Origin: an uncultured Holophagae bacterium
Lineage (GTDB): Bacteria; Acidobacteriota; Thermoanaerobaculia; Thermoanaerobaculales; Sulfomarinibacteraceae
Direction of reading: 5' to 3'
Assembly (NCBI GenBank): GCA_963801995.1
Contig: CAWDGW010000017.1
Coordinates: 27,690-91,689, forward strand
Length of the DNA: 64,000 nucleotides
In this document: positions 42,876-53,186 of the stretch, piece after piece
Numbering within the stretch: the stretch's first letter is position 1
Layout of the letters: every line of letters starts with the position of its first letter
Program-made: the position numbers and the translations under genes
Notes under the pieces: generated by a model
Databases searched by the model: none
What the model saw: only the letters and a program-made list of their open reading frames with translations
What the model was told of the DNA's origin: nothing

Positions 42876-45046
42876 CCTGGCGTTCGGACGAGATCCTCGA
42901 CTACCTCGGCATCGACCGACCGCCCGAGGTCAGCCGGCGCCGGTTCCTCGAGCTTTTCGGCGGTGGAATCGTGGTCATGATCTCGGCCGGGGACCTGGCT
43001 GCGGTGCAGGGGGCCCAGGTACGGCGGAGAGTCAGCCCCGAGTTGCCGAGTGACTTCAACGCTTTCTTACGCATCGGTGAGGACGGTCGGGTGACCTGTT
43101 TCACCGGAAAAATCGAGATGGGGCAGGGGGTGATCACCTCACTTGCCCAGATGTTGGCCGACGAGCTCGAGGTGTCGCTCGAAGACGTGGATATGATCAT
43201 GGGTGACACCGATCTCTGCCCATGGGACATGGGGACCTTTGGTTCCATGACGACGCGTTTCTTCGGTCCACCCTTGCGAGCCGCCGGCGCCGAGGCGAGA
43301 GAAGTGTTGCTCGAGTTGGCGGCCGAACGTCTCGAGGTGCCGCGAGATCGGCTGGCTGTTTCGAACGGTGTTGTCTCCGACTCGGCCGATTCGGGCCGCG
43401 CGGTCAGCTATGCCGATCTCGCCAAGGGTCAGAAGATCAACCGTCGGCTCGGCCTTGAGGCGGTGCTCGAGTCGGTCGAGAATTTCAGCGTGGTGGGTCG
43501 GCCTGTGAACCGGCGTGATGCAGTGGCCAAGGTGACCGGCGAGGCTGAGTTTGCAGGCGACATTCGGCGCGAGGGAATGGTGTATGCGAGTCTGCTGCGG
43601 CCGCCTGCACACGGTGCCGAACTGCTGGAATTGGATCTCTCGGGAGTCGAGGCCGTCGTTGGCGCGGCGGTGGTTCGTGAGCGTGATCTGGTGGCGGTTG
43701 TGCACGCGACGCCGGACGGGGCGGCGCGGGCACTCGCCACGCTGAAAGCGAAGTGGGGGACTCCGAAACTCGACCTCGATGAGGACTCCATCTTCGAACA
43801 CCTTTTGGGGGTTGCGCCGCCGACCGAGGAATTGGCCTCGGGGGGAAACCTCACGGCCGGGCGCCAGCAGGCGGGGAAAAGGGTTGCGCGCACCTACCTC
43901 GATGGCTACGTGGCCCACGCTCCTGTCGAGACGCACACAGCCGTTGCCGAGATTTCAGACGGCAGGTGCACCCTCTGGGCGTCGACTCAAAATCCCTTCC
44001 GGCTGCGGGAGGAAGTGGCCGAAGCACTGGGTCTGCCGGAGGACATGGTCCGGGTGATTTCACCCTTTGTCGGAGGTGGATTCGGTGGCAAGACCGCCAA
44101 CCGGCAGGCGGTGGAAGCGGCGCGACTCGCCCGACTCACCGGGAGGCCGGTGCAGGTGGCGTGGTCGCGGGCAGAGGAATTTTTCTACGACACCTTTCGG
44201 CCGGCGGCGGTGGTGAAGATCGACGCCGGCGTTGGCGATGGCGGGCGCATTGCCTACTGGGATTACACCACCTACTTTGCGGGCGCCCGCGGAGCGGAGC
44301 ACTTTTACGACATCGCAAACCACCGCACCCTCGCCGCTCCCGGAGGCTGGCGTGGCGGGCCGGGTACCCATCCCTTCGCCACCGGGGCATGGCGGGCACC
44401 GGGCAACAACACCAACACCTTCGCGCGCGAATCGCACATGGACGTTCTTGCCGCGGAGGCGGGGCTGGATCCAGTGGAATTCCGTCTCCGAAACCTGAAG
44501 GATCCGAGAATGAAGCGGGTGCTCGAAACAACGGCCACCAGCTTCGGCTGGAAAACGGCGCCCACGCCGAGCGGGCGCGGGGTAGGAGTGGCCCTCGGCA
44601 TGGACGCTGGCACATTGGTGGGTCTGATCGTTGAGGTGTCTGTGGACCGCACGTCGGGCCGCGTGAGGGTCGGGCGGATGGTCTGTGCCCAAGACATGGG
44701 GCTGGCCATCAATCCCGAAGGGGCCACGATCCAAATGGAAGGGTGCCTGACCATGGGGCTCGGGTACGCCCTCGCCGAGGAGGTGCGTTTCAGTGGAGGG
44801 GAGATCCTCGACACCAACTTCGATACCTACGAAATACCGCGTTTCTCCTGGCTTCCCCAAATCGAGACGGTCATCATCGAGGCCAAGGAGGATCCCCCAC
44901 AGGGAGGTGGCGAACCCGCCATTATCGTGGTTGGGGCAGCCGTTGCGAATGCCGTCTTTGATGCGGTCGGGGCGAGGGTGCTCCGAATGCCAATCACATC
45001 GAAACGGGCCAAGGCAGAAATGGGGAATCCCTCGACGCAGGATTGA
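42872..45046 (+). CDS. molybdopterin-binding large subunit of a xanthine-dehydrogenase/aldehyde-oxidase family enzyme (IorB-like), Tat signal
   Basis: ATGA overlap with the upstream gene. The Tat motif is SRRRFLELFGGGIVVM. 724 aa with family-typical segments (GKIEMGQGVITSLAQMLADEL, GGGFGGK, EDPPQGGGEPAI). Confidence 0.85.
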   Translation: MTWRSDEILDYLGIDRPPEVSRRRFLELFGGGIVVMISAGDLAAVQGAQVRRRVSPELPSDFNAFLRIGEDGRVTCFTGKIEMGQGVITSLAQMLADELEVSLEDVDMIMGDTDLCPWDMGTFGSMTTRFFGPPLRAAGAEAREVLLELAAERLEVPRDRLAVSNGVVSDSADSGRAVSYADLAKGQKINRRLGLEAVLESVENFSVVGRPVNRRDAVAKVTGEAEFAGDIRREGMVYASLLRPPAHGAELLELDLSGVEAVVGAAVVRERDLVAVVHATPDGAARALATLKAKWGTPKLDLDEDSIFEHLLGVAPPTEELASGGNLTAGRQQAGKRVARTYLDGYVAHAPVETHTAVAEISDGRCTLWASTQNPFRLREEVAEALGLPEDMVRVISPFVGGGFGGKTANRQAVEAARLARLTGRPVQVAWSRAEEFFYDTFRPAAVVKIDAGVGDGGRIAYWDYTTYFAGARGAEHFYDIANHRTLAAPGGWRGGPGTHPFATGAWRAPGNNTNTFARESHMDVLAAEAGLDPVEFRLRNLKDPRMKRVLETTATSFGWKTAPTPSGRGVGVALGMDAGTLVGLIVEVSVDRTSGRVRVGRMVCAQDMGLAINPEGATIQMEGCLTMGLGYALAEEVRFSGGEILDTNFDTYEIPRFSWLPQIETVIIEAKEDPPQGGGEPAIIVVGAAVANAVFDAVGARVLRMPITSKRAKAEMGNPSTQD

Positions 45047-45135
45047 GCCGGTGTGTCGATAGTACAATCGATGGCACGAATTTTTTGGGAAGATTGCAGC
45101 GCCACCGGGCTGCGAAATAATCCGGGAGGTGGATC

Positions 45136-46470
45136 ATGACGCGCCGCTTTTCGCTCGTATTGAGCTTGGCCGTGCTGGGCGGAATGTGTTTCAACTCCGG
45201 TGCCGCTCACGCCGACACCTACAACGTGCAGCCCACCGGGTGCGATGATTCGACCTGTTTGCCGTGCTGCACGATTCAAGCGGCCGTGGACCACTGCGGA
45301 CCGGGGGACACTGTGGCGGTTCACACCGGCGACTACGTGGAAAACGTCGTGTTGAGCACCATGGGAAACCTCGGCAGCATCACTCTCATGGCGGCCGACG
45401 GTCCGGGAACCGTCACTTTGACCAGCAACGACAACCCGGCAATCCAGTGCTGGTGGGCCCATCCTGGGGACATACATATCGAGGGTTTCACCGTGAGCGC
45501 ATTGGTTGCCGCGGGACTTTGGCTGCACGCCGAGGGCGACGTCACGGTCATCGACGTCACGGTCACCGCCGTGGGCCTCGACGGATTTCAAGTGCACTCG
45601 CAGGCCGACGTGCTCATGAATAACTGTGTGGCGAACGGAACCGGTGAAAACGGGATTGAAATCCACGCACGGGGTGATGTCAGGCTCGAGGGCTGCACCG
45701 CCAACAACAACCCCAACGGCGGAATCTGGGTTGATGAGTACACCGAAAGCGCGCCAATTTCAGGGCCAACAAATGTCACCGTGGTCGCTTGCCAGGCGCA
45801 CGACAATGGCACCCTCGGTGTGAACTGGCGAGACGGGGTCAAGACCTCGGGTGTCGATGGAGTCGTGGAGGTGACAAGGACCGAGACCAACGGGAACTCC
45901 GGCGACGGTCTCAAGATTGAGGCGCATGACGGCATCACGGTGCGCGGTTGTGAGGCGCGGAATAACGGCCTCGGGCCTGGGCTCGCGAACTCCGGCTTCG
46001 ACATGATCATGACCGATGTAGGTCCCGTGGCGGTCAGCGGAAGCACAATGGACGGCAACGGAAAGCACGGCATCGAGATCCAGGCCGGCCACACATGGGA
46101 CATCGTGGACCTCTGGATTCAATACAGCTCAATCACCAATAACGCCGACAGCGGAATCGATCTTTCCGATATGTCCGGTGACGGCCACCTCGTGAACTGG
46201 ACGGAGGTGGCGGGAAACGGAGTGGACGGACTCGTGCTGCACAGTAACGTGTATCTCCACGCCGAGAACAACTGGTGGGGCGATCCCTCGGGTCCATCGG
46301 GGGATGGTCCCGGAGGCGGTGACACAGTGGACCAAGGTCCCGGTGTCGTCTATTTTGACCCGTGGTTGCCGTTGCCGGTGGGGGAGATACCAGGCAGTCC
46401 GGTGTACGACGATCCCTTCGAAACCGGGGGCACCGACGGCTGGGATGTGACGGTCGGTTTGCAGGGTTGA
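45136..46470 (+). CDS. secreted right-handed parallel beta-helix repeat protein
   Basis: Signal MTRRFSLVLSLAVLGGMCFNSGAAHA. Periodic NG..GI..../GNSGDGL turns occur. The C-terminus DDPFETGGTDGWDVTVGLQG is a diverged relative of the DGFESGDTSAWS tail. Confidence 0.7.
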   Translation: MTRRFSLVLSLAVLGGMCFNSGAAHADTYNVQPTGCDDSTCLPCCTIQAAVDHCGPGDTVAVHTGDYVENVVLSTMGNLGSITLMAADGPGTVTLTSNDNPAIQCWWAHPGDIHIEGFTVSALVAAGLWLHAEGDVTVIDVTVTAVGLDGFQVHSQADVLMNNCVANGTGENGIEIHARGDVRLEGCTANNNPNGGIWVDEYTESAPISGPTNVTVVACQAHDNGTLGVNWRDGVKTSGVDGVVEVTRTETNGNSGDGLKIEAHDGITVRGCEARNNGLGPGLANSGFDMIMTDVGPVAVSGSTMDGNGKHGIEIQAGHTWDIVDLWIQYSSITNNADSGIDLSDMSGDGHLVNWTEVAGNGVDGLVLHSNVYLHAENNWWGDPSGPSGDGPGGGDTVDQGPGVVYFDPWLPLPVGEIPGSPVYDDPFETGGTDGWDVTVGLQG

Positions 46471-46809
46471 TCCACGCGAGGCACCACCACCGAGGGTCGT
46501 AGGTCGGGGGGGTGTCCCCCCAATCGCGGCCGCAGGGCGCGAGCAACTGCCTGTTCCCGCCTCCTCCGGCAGGGTGGCAGCTACGAAGCACAGTATCTCG
46601 ACCCCGACGAAATGGCCGCGATTCTCGCATCGGAACCCGAGAAGGGAGTGGTCTACGACGAGTTCGGCGACGTACTGGCGCAGTGTGGCGGTCCCCGAGG
46701 TCGGCGTGACAGCGCTCAGGGTGCCCCGTCGAGACAGGGCGCCACGGACTGACGGATGCAGCAGGGCGGCGCAGCTGCTGGTTGACTTGGTGGAGTGTTC
46801 CGGGCTGTC

Positions 46810-47691
46810 TTAACCGCGCTCGGTGAGCGCGACGCCGGCGATGACGAGAATCGTGCCAATCACCAGGTTGATCGTGATCGTTTCGCCAAGTACCAGCGCT
46901 GCCACCGCCGCCGTCATCGGCGGGATGGCGTAGAGGTAGACGCCCACCTTCTGCGATTCGGTGCGCTGGAGCGCCACGAAGTACAGCAGCACGGCGAGGA
47001 AGTTGCAGCCCGCACCGAGAAAGGCGATGGCTGACCAACCCTGTATAGAGATGGTCCCGAGCGAGTAATGCACTCGCTGCATTTCGGTCCATCCCACCGG
47101 CGCCATCCAGGTGGCGCCGATCACGGTCACCGCTGCCGCCACGGTGACGGCTCCCAGTCGGTCGGTGAGTCGCTTGCCGAAGACGGTGAAGCAGCCCCAC
47201 ATGACGATGCTGGAGATCACCAAAAGATCGCCCGCCACCCGAGCCGGTAGCTGAAAACCTGCGATCGCGTCGGTTCCCATGACCACCAGCACGCCGATCA
47301 CCGCAATTCCAATTCCGAATACCTTCTTCGGAGTCAGCCGCTCACCCAGGAAGATGACCGCTAGCAGCAGGATGGTGATCGGGCCGGTGGCCACGTACAG
47401 CGAGGCGTTGGAGGCGGTGGTGTACTGAAGCCCCACTGTCTGGAATCCGTAGTGAAGGCCGGCTCCGAACAGGCTGAGGCCGAACAGTCCCAACGCGGTG
47501 GTGGGGTTGGAGATTCTGCGCAACCGGCCGCCGGTCAGGAGCAGGGGCAGGAAGCAGAGCGCCGCCACCATCAGCCGAAGGGACACCACGGTGAGGGGCG
47601 GGATCTCCTCCAGGGCGATCTTGGTGGCCACGAAGGACACCGACCACAGCAGGCAGGCGGTGAGCAGCGCGAGGCGAGTGAGAGCCGGCAT
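46810..47691 (-). CDS. DMT-superfamily (EamA-type) transporter
   Basis: 293 aa with about 10 TM segments and two EamA-like halves (WSVSFVATKIALEEIPPLTVVSLR..., WGCFTVFGKRL...). Confidence 0.8.
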   Translation of the reverse strand: MPALTRLALLTACLLWSVSFVATKIALEEIPPLTVVSLRLMVAALCFLPLLLTGGRLRRISNPTTALGLFGLSLFGAGLHYGFQTVGLQYTTASNASLYVATGPITILLLAVIFLGERLTPKKVFGIGIAVIGVLVVMGTDAIAGFQLPARVAGDLLVISSIVMWGCFTVFGKRLTDRLGAVTVAAAVTVIGATWMAPVGWTEMQRVHYSLGTISIQGWSAIAFLGAGCNFLAVLLYFVALQRTESQKVGVYLYAIPPMTAAVAALVLGETITINLVIGTILVIAGVALTERG

Positions 47692-47757
47692 GGCGCGTCA
47701 TGATAATCGATCACCGCCTCAGGGAATTCATCTTGGGCGTGCGGCTGTTGTCATGCG

Positions 47758-48507
47758 GTGATGACGACATCACGAACGAACCACCTGGTGTGGATCGGGG
47801 CGATTGTTTCGGTCGGCGCTTTGATCAGTTACTTCGTCTTCTTCGCTCGATTTCCGCTCCTGCGAGACACCCCGTGGGTCAACCTACCGGCCGTCGTTCT
47901 CGGCCTGGGGCTGTCGATCTTCGCGGTTGTGCGGAGACGGTCGATCTGGTCGATCGCTGGGTTGGTGCTGTCAGGGGCCTGCGTGGCTCTGCTGTTCGGA
48001 TATGTGTACGGACTGTCAAGCCAGTTGCCGGACGTTGAGGGTGTCGTTTCCGTGGGAGACGTGGCGCCGACTCTCGAGCTCGCGAATCACGACGGCCAAC
48101 TGGTCCGCCTCGAGGATTTCGGTGAAACCCAGGTCGTGCTGGTTTTCTACCGCGGCTTCTGGTGACCGTTCTGCATGTCAGAGCTGCAGGGCCTGCAGTC
48201 ACGTATCGCAGACATCAGGGCGGCCGGGGCCGAGGTGGTTGCCATTTCGGTGGATTCCCCGGAGGACAATCGCAGGGTGGCGAAGAAGCTCGACATCGAC
48301 TATTCGATCCTGTCGGATCCCGAGGCCAAGGCGATCACAGCCTATGGTGTGCTCCACCCGGAGGGTGGGATGGGCGGCAAGGATATTGCACGACCAGCCA
48401 TCTTCCTGATCGACACTGATGGAGTGATCCTGTGGCGCCGGCTCACCGAGGATTGGCGCGTGCGGGTCCGGCCGGAGCAGTTGATCGAGGCGATCCGCAG
48501 TCATTGA
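47758..48507 (+). CDS. membrane-anchored peroxiredoxin-like (AhpC/TSA-redoxin) protein with in-frame UGA in the FWUPFC redox motif (candidate selenoprotein)
   Basis: Track ORFs 47758..48165 and 48175..48507 are in the same frame. They are separated only by TGA (48163..48165) plus ccgttctgc. The joined sequence reads VVLVFYRGFW-U-PFCMSELQGLQ...VVAISVDSPEDN...ILSDPEAKAITAYGV...PAIFLIDTDGVI. The N-terminus has 3 TM helices. Confidence 0.7.
48183..48199 (+). promoter_or_regulatory. candidate bacterial SECIS hairpin
   Basis: g ctgcag GGC ctgcag t forms a 6-7 bp stem. The loop G residues lie 27 nt after the U of the in-frame UGA. It has the same GGC loop as the hairpin at 18497. Confidence 0.45.
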
Positions 48508-48524
48508 AAGCGGTCTGCTGAGGT

Positions 48525-49466
48525 TCAACCAGGCAGCGACTTGGGCTTCATCAGGTTGTCTTCCATCATCTTGAGCTCGTCGATCCCGGAGATGATGATC
48601 TCGGGGTCAATCTCCAGCGCAGTGACTGTGGACTTGTCCTTGTAGTCGATCTGCGACAGGACGAATTTGATGCAATTGAGCCGCGCCTGCTTCTTGACGT
48701 CGGAGCGGACGATTGTCCACGGTGCGACGGTCCGGTTGGTTTCGGAAAGCATCTGGAACTTCTTGACGGTGTATTGGTCCCAGAGTTCCTGCGACCGTTC
48801 ATCCACGGGTGAAATCTTGTACTGCTTGAGCAGGTCGCCGTGGCGCGATCTGAACCGGCGGAGCTGCTCCTTTTTCGACACCGAAAAATAGAACTTGAAG
48901 AGCTTGATGCCATCCTTGACCAACATCTGTTCGAACATCGGCACATCTTTGAGAAAGCGCTTGTTCTCCTCGTCGGTGCAGAAACCCATGATCGGTTCCA
49001 CCATGGCGCGGTTGTACCAGGAGCGGTCGAAGAAGACGATCTCGCCGGCCGCCGGCAGGTTCGCCACATAACGCTGGAAAAACCACTGGGTTCGTTCCTT
49101 GTCGCTCGGTTTCTCCAGGGCGACCACCCGGGCTCCGCGGGGATTCATGTGCTCGGTGAAACGCTTGATGGTGCCACCCTTTCCGGCCGCGTCCCGTCCC
49201 TCGAAGAGCATCACGATCCGCAGGCCGTCGCGCCGCACCTGGGACTGCATCTTCATGAGTTCGATCTGGAGATCGTGGAGTTCCCGTTCGTACTCCAGGG
49301 TCGCTTTCTTGACCCAGACAGCTACCCGGTCCTTGCCGTTTTTGTCCTCGTGGCTCTTGAACGAAGTGTGTTCGCGGAGCTTCACCGCGCTCGGTTTTGC
49401 CGGGGTTTTGGTCTGCGCTTTTTTCGGCTTAGGGCTTTTCTTCTTGGAAGTCATGACTGTTGACAT
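48525..49466 (-). CDS. ppk2: polyphosphate kinase 2 family protein
   Basis: The P-loop is FEGRDAAGKGGTIKRF. Family motifs are FFDRSWYNRAMVEPIMGFC and ...PWTIVRSDVKKQARLN. Confidence 0.85.
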   Translation of the reverse strand: MSTVMTSKKKSPKPKKAQTKTPAKPSAVKLREHTSFKSHEDKNGKDRVAVWVKKATLEYERELHDLQIELMKMQSQVRRDGLRIVMLFEGRDAAGKGGTIKRFTEHMNPRGARVVALEKPSDKERTQWFFQRYVANLPAAGEIVFFDRSWYNRAMVEPIMGFCTDEENKRFLKDVPMFEQMLVKDGIKLFKFYFSVSKKEQLRRFRSRHGDLLKQYKISPVDERSQELWDQYTVKKFQMLSETNRTVAPWTIVRSDVKKQARLNCIKFVLSQIDYKDKSTVTALEIDPEIIISGIDELKMMEDNLMKPKSLPG

Positions 49467-49500
49467 CTCCTCGCTGCCATCAATCGACGGCCCGGAATTT

Positions 49501-50475
49501 TCAGCGGACGAACCTGCCCAGCTTCCTCTTCTGTTTTTGCATGATCTTCAACTCCTTGTCACCGGGGATGACGATGTCCGGATTCGGTGTGAAATCGAGG
49601 GTCCGGCTTCGCCCCGTGTACTTGATCTGGCTCAAGATCAATTTGATTGTTTCGAGCCGGGCGAGGGCCTTGTCGTCGGAACGGATGACGTACCAGGGCG
49701 TTTTCGGTGTGTGGGTCTTTTTCAGAAGGCGATACTTCATGTGGGTGAATTCGTCCCACAGGTCCTGGGCCTGGAGGTCGACTTCGCTCAGTTTCCACTG
49801 GCGCAGGGGATCGTTTTTCCGTCGTTCGAAGCGGCGGGCCTGTTCGTCCTTGGAAACCGAAAAGTAGAGTTTGATCAGGAAGGTCGCCTTGTCGGCGATG
49901 ATCCGCTCTTCGTACCCCACGACCTTGTCCATGAAACCTCTGTACTGCGCTTTGGTGCAAAACCCCATGACCGGCTCGACGAGAGCCCGGTTGTACCAGC
50001 TGCGATCGAAGAGAACGATCTCGCCGGCGTGCGGGAAATTCTCGATGTACCGTTTCATGTGGAGTTCGGTTCGCTGCTGAACCGTGGGTTTGCCGAGGGC
50101 GACGACGCGGTAGCGTTTTTCGTTCATGTAGCGGATCACGCGTCGGATCGTCCCGCCCTTGCCGGAGGCATCTCTGCCGTCAAACAGGATGATGGCCTTC
50201 TTGTTGGTCCGCTCGATGTGCTGCTGGAGCTTGATCAGCTCAGACTGATAGGGTTTGAGGACCTCAGATCTGAAGTACTTGGTGAGAGCCGCATTCAACA
50301 ACTCCTTGCGTTCCTTCTTTTTCAGGCCCTCTTGCACTGCCTGGATTTGATCGATGAGGGCCAGCCCGTACCCGTGGGACTCGATCCTCTCGACCACCGA
50401 CCGGATCCTCGAGGTGGACCCTTCGAGGCCTTCGGCTTTTGGCGCTGTCTGCTTTTTCTTGGATCCTGTTCCCAT
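49501..50475 (-). CDS. ppk2: polyphosphate kinase 2 family protein (second paralogue)
   Basis: FDGRDASGKGGTIRRV, LFDRSWYNRALVEPVMGFC and PWYVIRSDDKALARL. It lies 34 nt upstream of the first PPK2 gene on the same strand. Confidence 0.85.
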   Translation of the reverse strand: MGTGSKKKQTAPKAEGLEGSTSRIRSVVERIESHGYGLALIDQIQAVQEGLKKKERKELLNAALTKYFRSEVLKPYQSELIKLQQHIERTNKKAIILFDGRDASGKGGTIRRVIRYMNEKRYRVVALGKPTVQQRTELHMKRYIENFPHAGEIVLFDRSWYNRALVEPVMGFCTKAQYRGFMDKVVGYEERIIADKATFLIKLYFSVSKDEQARRFERRKNDPLRQWKLSEVDLQAQDLWDEFTHMKYRLLKKTHTPKTPWYVIRSDDKALARLETIKLILSQIKYTGRSRTLDFTPNPDIVIPGDKELKIMQKQKRKLGRFVR

Positions 50476-50563
50476 GAACCCACCTTCCTGGCTATCGATA
50501 TGAGTCGGTCCGTCAGTATATAGGAATCAAAATCGGTGAGATATGCGGGTCAGGGTGTGCTGG

Positions 50564-51274
50564 TCAGTCCGTGAACGCCTCGGCGAGCTCTTCGAATTCG
50601 GCAAGCTCTTCGATGACGGTGGTCACCGACTTGGAGGAGGAGCCCCCGTGGGCATCTCGCTCGGCGAACAGCCACCAACCGGTGGATTCCACACTCCAGC
50701 CGTCGTGGCGAGACAGCGCGTTGATGACATCGTGAGTCAGAACCTGGAGCCCCACATCTCGAGATTCGGCGAACATCAGACTTTGGGCAAGGTCTGGCGA
50801 GACCATTTCGAGCGGCACCTGGGTGAACTCCGGATAGCGGAGCCGGATGAGCTTTTCCAGGCCGGCGACCAACAACTTCGGCATCTTGAATTCCGAACGT
50901 CGGAATAGGAAGCGGGGGAGTCTCTCGCCGTCCAGGCGAATGACGAACATGGTTCCACGTTCGTCCGCGGAGCCGCCAGTGCGGCCGGACGCGGAGTAAT
51001 CCAGGATGAACCGATCCCCTCCGGGAGCCTCCTTTGCCAGCAGGTGGGTCAGGTGGAGATTCTTGTTCTGGAACCGTGGTGCTGCTTCAAGGTCTTGAAC
51101 GATGGATTCGAGCCGGTCAGGGGCGGGCCGGTAGCCGTAGTCTGCGGCGCCCGCCTCCAACTCCTTGGGTCGCTCCCCGAGCTGGCGCTTGAGGGAGGCC
51201 ATGTGACGAAACATCAGCACCAAGCCGACGGTGACGACGGCCAGCACGGCGAATGGAGCCAACTCTGCCAGCAT
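50564..51274 (-). CDS. membrane-anchored hypothetical protein
   Basis: GGAGG precedes the ATG at 51274. The N-terminal helix is MLAELAPFAVLAVVTVGLVLMF. No motif recognised. Part of track ORF 50564..51490. Confidence 0.5.
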   Translation of the reverse strand: MLAELAPFAVLAVVTVGLVLMFRHMASLKRQLGERPKELEAGAADYGYRPAPDRLESIVQDLEAAPRFQNKNLHLTHLLAKEAPGGDRFILDYSASGRTGGSADERGTMFVIRLDGERLPRFLFRRSEFKMPKLLVAGLEKLIRLRYPEFTQVPLEMVSPDLAQSLMFAESRDVGLQVLTHDVINALSRHDGWSVESTGWWLFAERDAHGGSSSKSVTTVIEELAEFEELAEAFTD

Positions 51275-51399
51275 TTGCACCTCCAACAACCGATAGCGAA
51301 TGAGCGAATGCCGTGATCGGATTGTAGCAGTGGGGCCGGTTCCTGGGGTGGTAGTCTGTCGAGGGACACACAACAGAGCGGTTACTGCGAAAGCGGGGT

Positions 51400-52437
51400 A
51401 TGTCCATGAAGCGAATCGGTATTCTGGCGTGCGTGGCCACCTTGATTGCAGCACCTCTTTTCTCCAACAGCCCCGGTATGGAGGCGACACCAGGCTTGGA
51501 GAATCGTGATGTTTCGGCCGTTTACATCTCCGATATAGACGGGGGATTCGTCGCGGTTGTGGATGTGTTGACCGACTCGATCATTGCGCTCAAGAAGACC
51601 GGTACGAATCCAGCAGAGACAGCCGTTTTCGGCGCTCTGGATCGCGCCTATGTGGCGGATCTGACCGACGGCACGGTTTCGGTGATCGACACGACGAACC
51701 ACCGGATCGTCCATACGGTCAATCTGGGAAGCCCGGTTGCGACGGTCGGTGTGGACGAAACCACCGGCACGGTGTACGCCCTCGATTTCAGCAATGGCAC
51801 ACCCGGAACGAATTTGCACATCATCGATGCCGACACCAACACCGAAATCGACGACGTCGTGATCGGTACACGACTCCAGAACCTCGCGGTCCACGCCAGC
51901 GAAAGCCGTGTCTACGCGACCGATTTTGTCGACGGAATCGTCGTGGTGGACACCACCAACAACACGGTTTCAACCACGATTCCGTTGCCCAACTCACCGC
52001 ACGGGATCGCCGTGAATCCTGCCACCGACAGTCTCTACGTGACGCAGCTGGACAACGATTCCGTAACGGTGTTCGATACCGGCACCCTGGGTGTCACCGC
52101 AACACTGGCGGTTGGTGACACGCCGCAGTGGATCGCACTGGACATCCCTCGAGGGAAGGCCTTTGTGACCAACGAAGGCGAAGGAACGGTATCGGTGATC
52201 GACATTGGCAGTAATACCGTGCTCCCGGGCCCGATTCAGGTGGGAGCCAATCCACTCACCGTGACCGTCCATTCCGGAGCCGCCAAAGCCTACGTCTTCA
52301 ACATCGGGGACGGCACGATTTCGGTCATCGATACGGTCAGCCAGGTCGTGATCGGTACCATCGATCTGGGGTTTGTGGTGTTCGCGGACGGGTTCGATTG
52401 GGGAGACACCACTGCCTGGTCTGTGGCGATCCCGTAG
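51400..52437 (+). CDS. secreted YVTN-type beta-propeller repeat protein ending in a DGFDWGDTTAWS tail
   Basis: Signal MSMKRIGILACVATLIAAPLFS. About 40-aa repeats occur (AYVADLTDGTVSVIDTTNHRIV, VYATDFVDGIVVVDTTNNTV, LYVTQLDNDSVTVFDTGTL, AFVTNEGEGTVSVIDIGSN, AYVFNIGDGTISVIDTVSQ). The C-terminus is VFADGFDWGDTTAWSVAIP-stop. Confidence 0.75.
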   Translation: MSMKRIGILACVATLIAAPLFSNSPGMEATPGLENRDVSAVYISDIDGGFVAVVDVLTDSIIALKKTGTNPAETAVFGALDRAYVADLTDGTVSVIDTTNHRIVHTVNLGSPVATVGVDETTGTVYALDFSNGTPGTNLHIIDADTNTEIDDVVIGTRLQNLAVHASESRVYATDFVDGIVVVDTTNNTVSTTIPLPNSPHGIAVNPATDSLYVTQLDNDSVTVFDTGTLGVTATLAVGDTPQWIALDIPRGKAFVTNEGEGTVSVIDIGSNTVLPGPIQVGANPLTVTVHSGAAKAYVFNIGDGTISVIDTVSQVVIGTIDLGFVVFADGFDWGDTTAWSVAIP

Positions 52438-52457
52438 CGCGCAGAGGGCCGGCTTTC

Positions 52458-53174
<717 letters not shown>

Positions 53175-53186
53175 GGTGTTCTTGGT

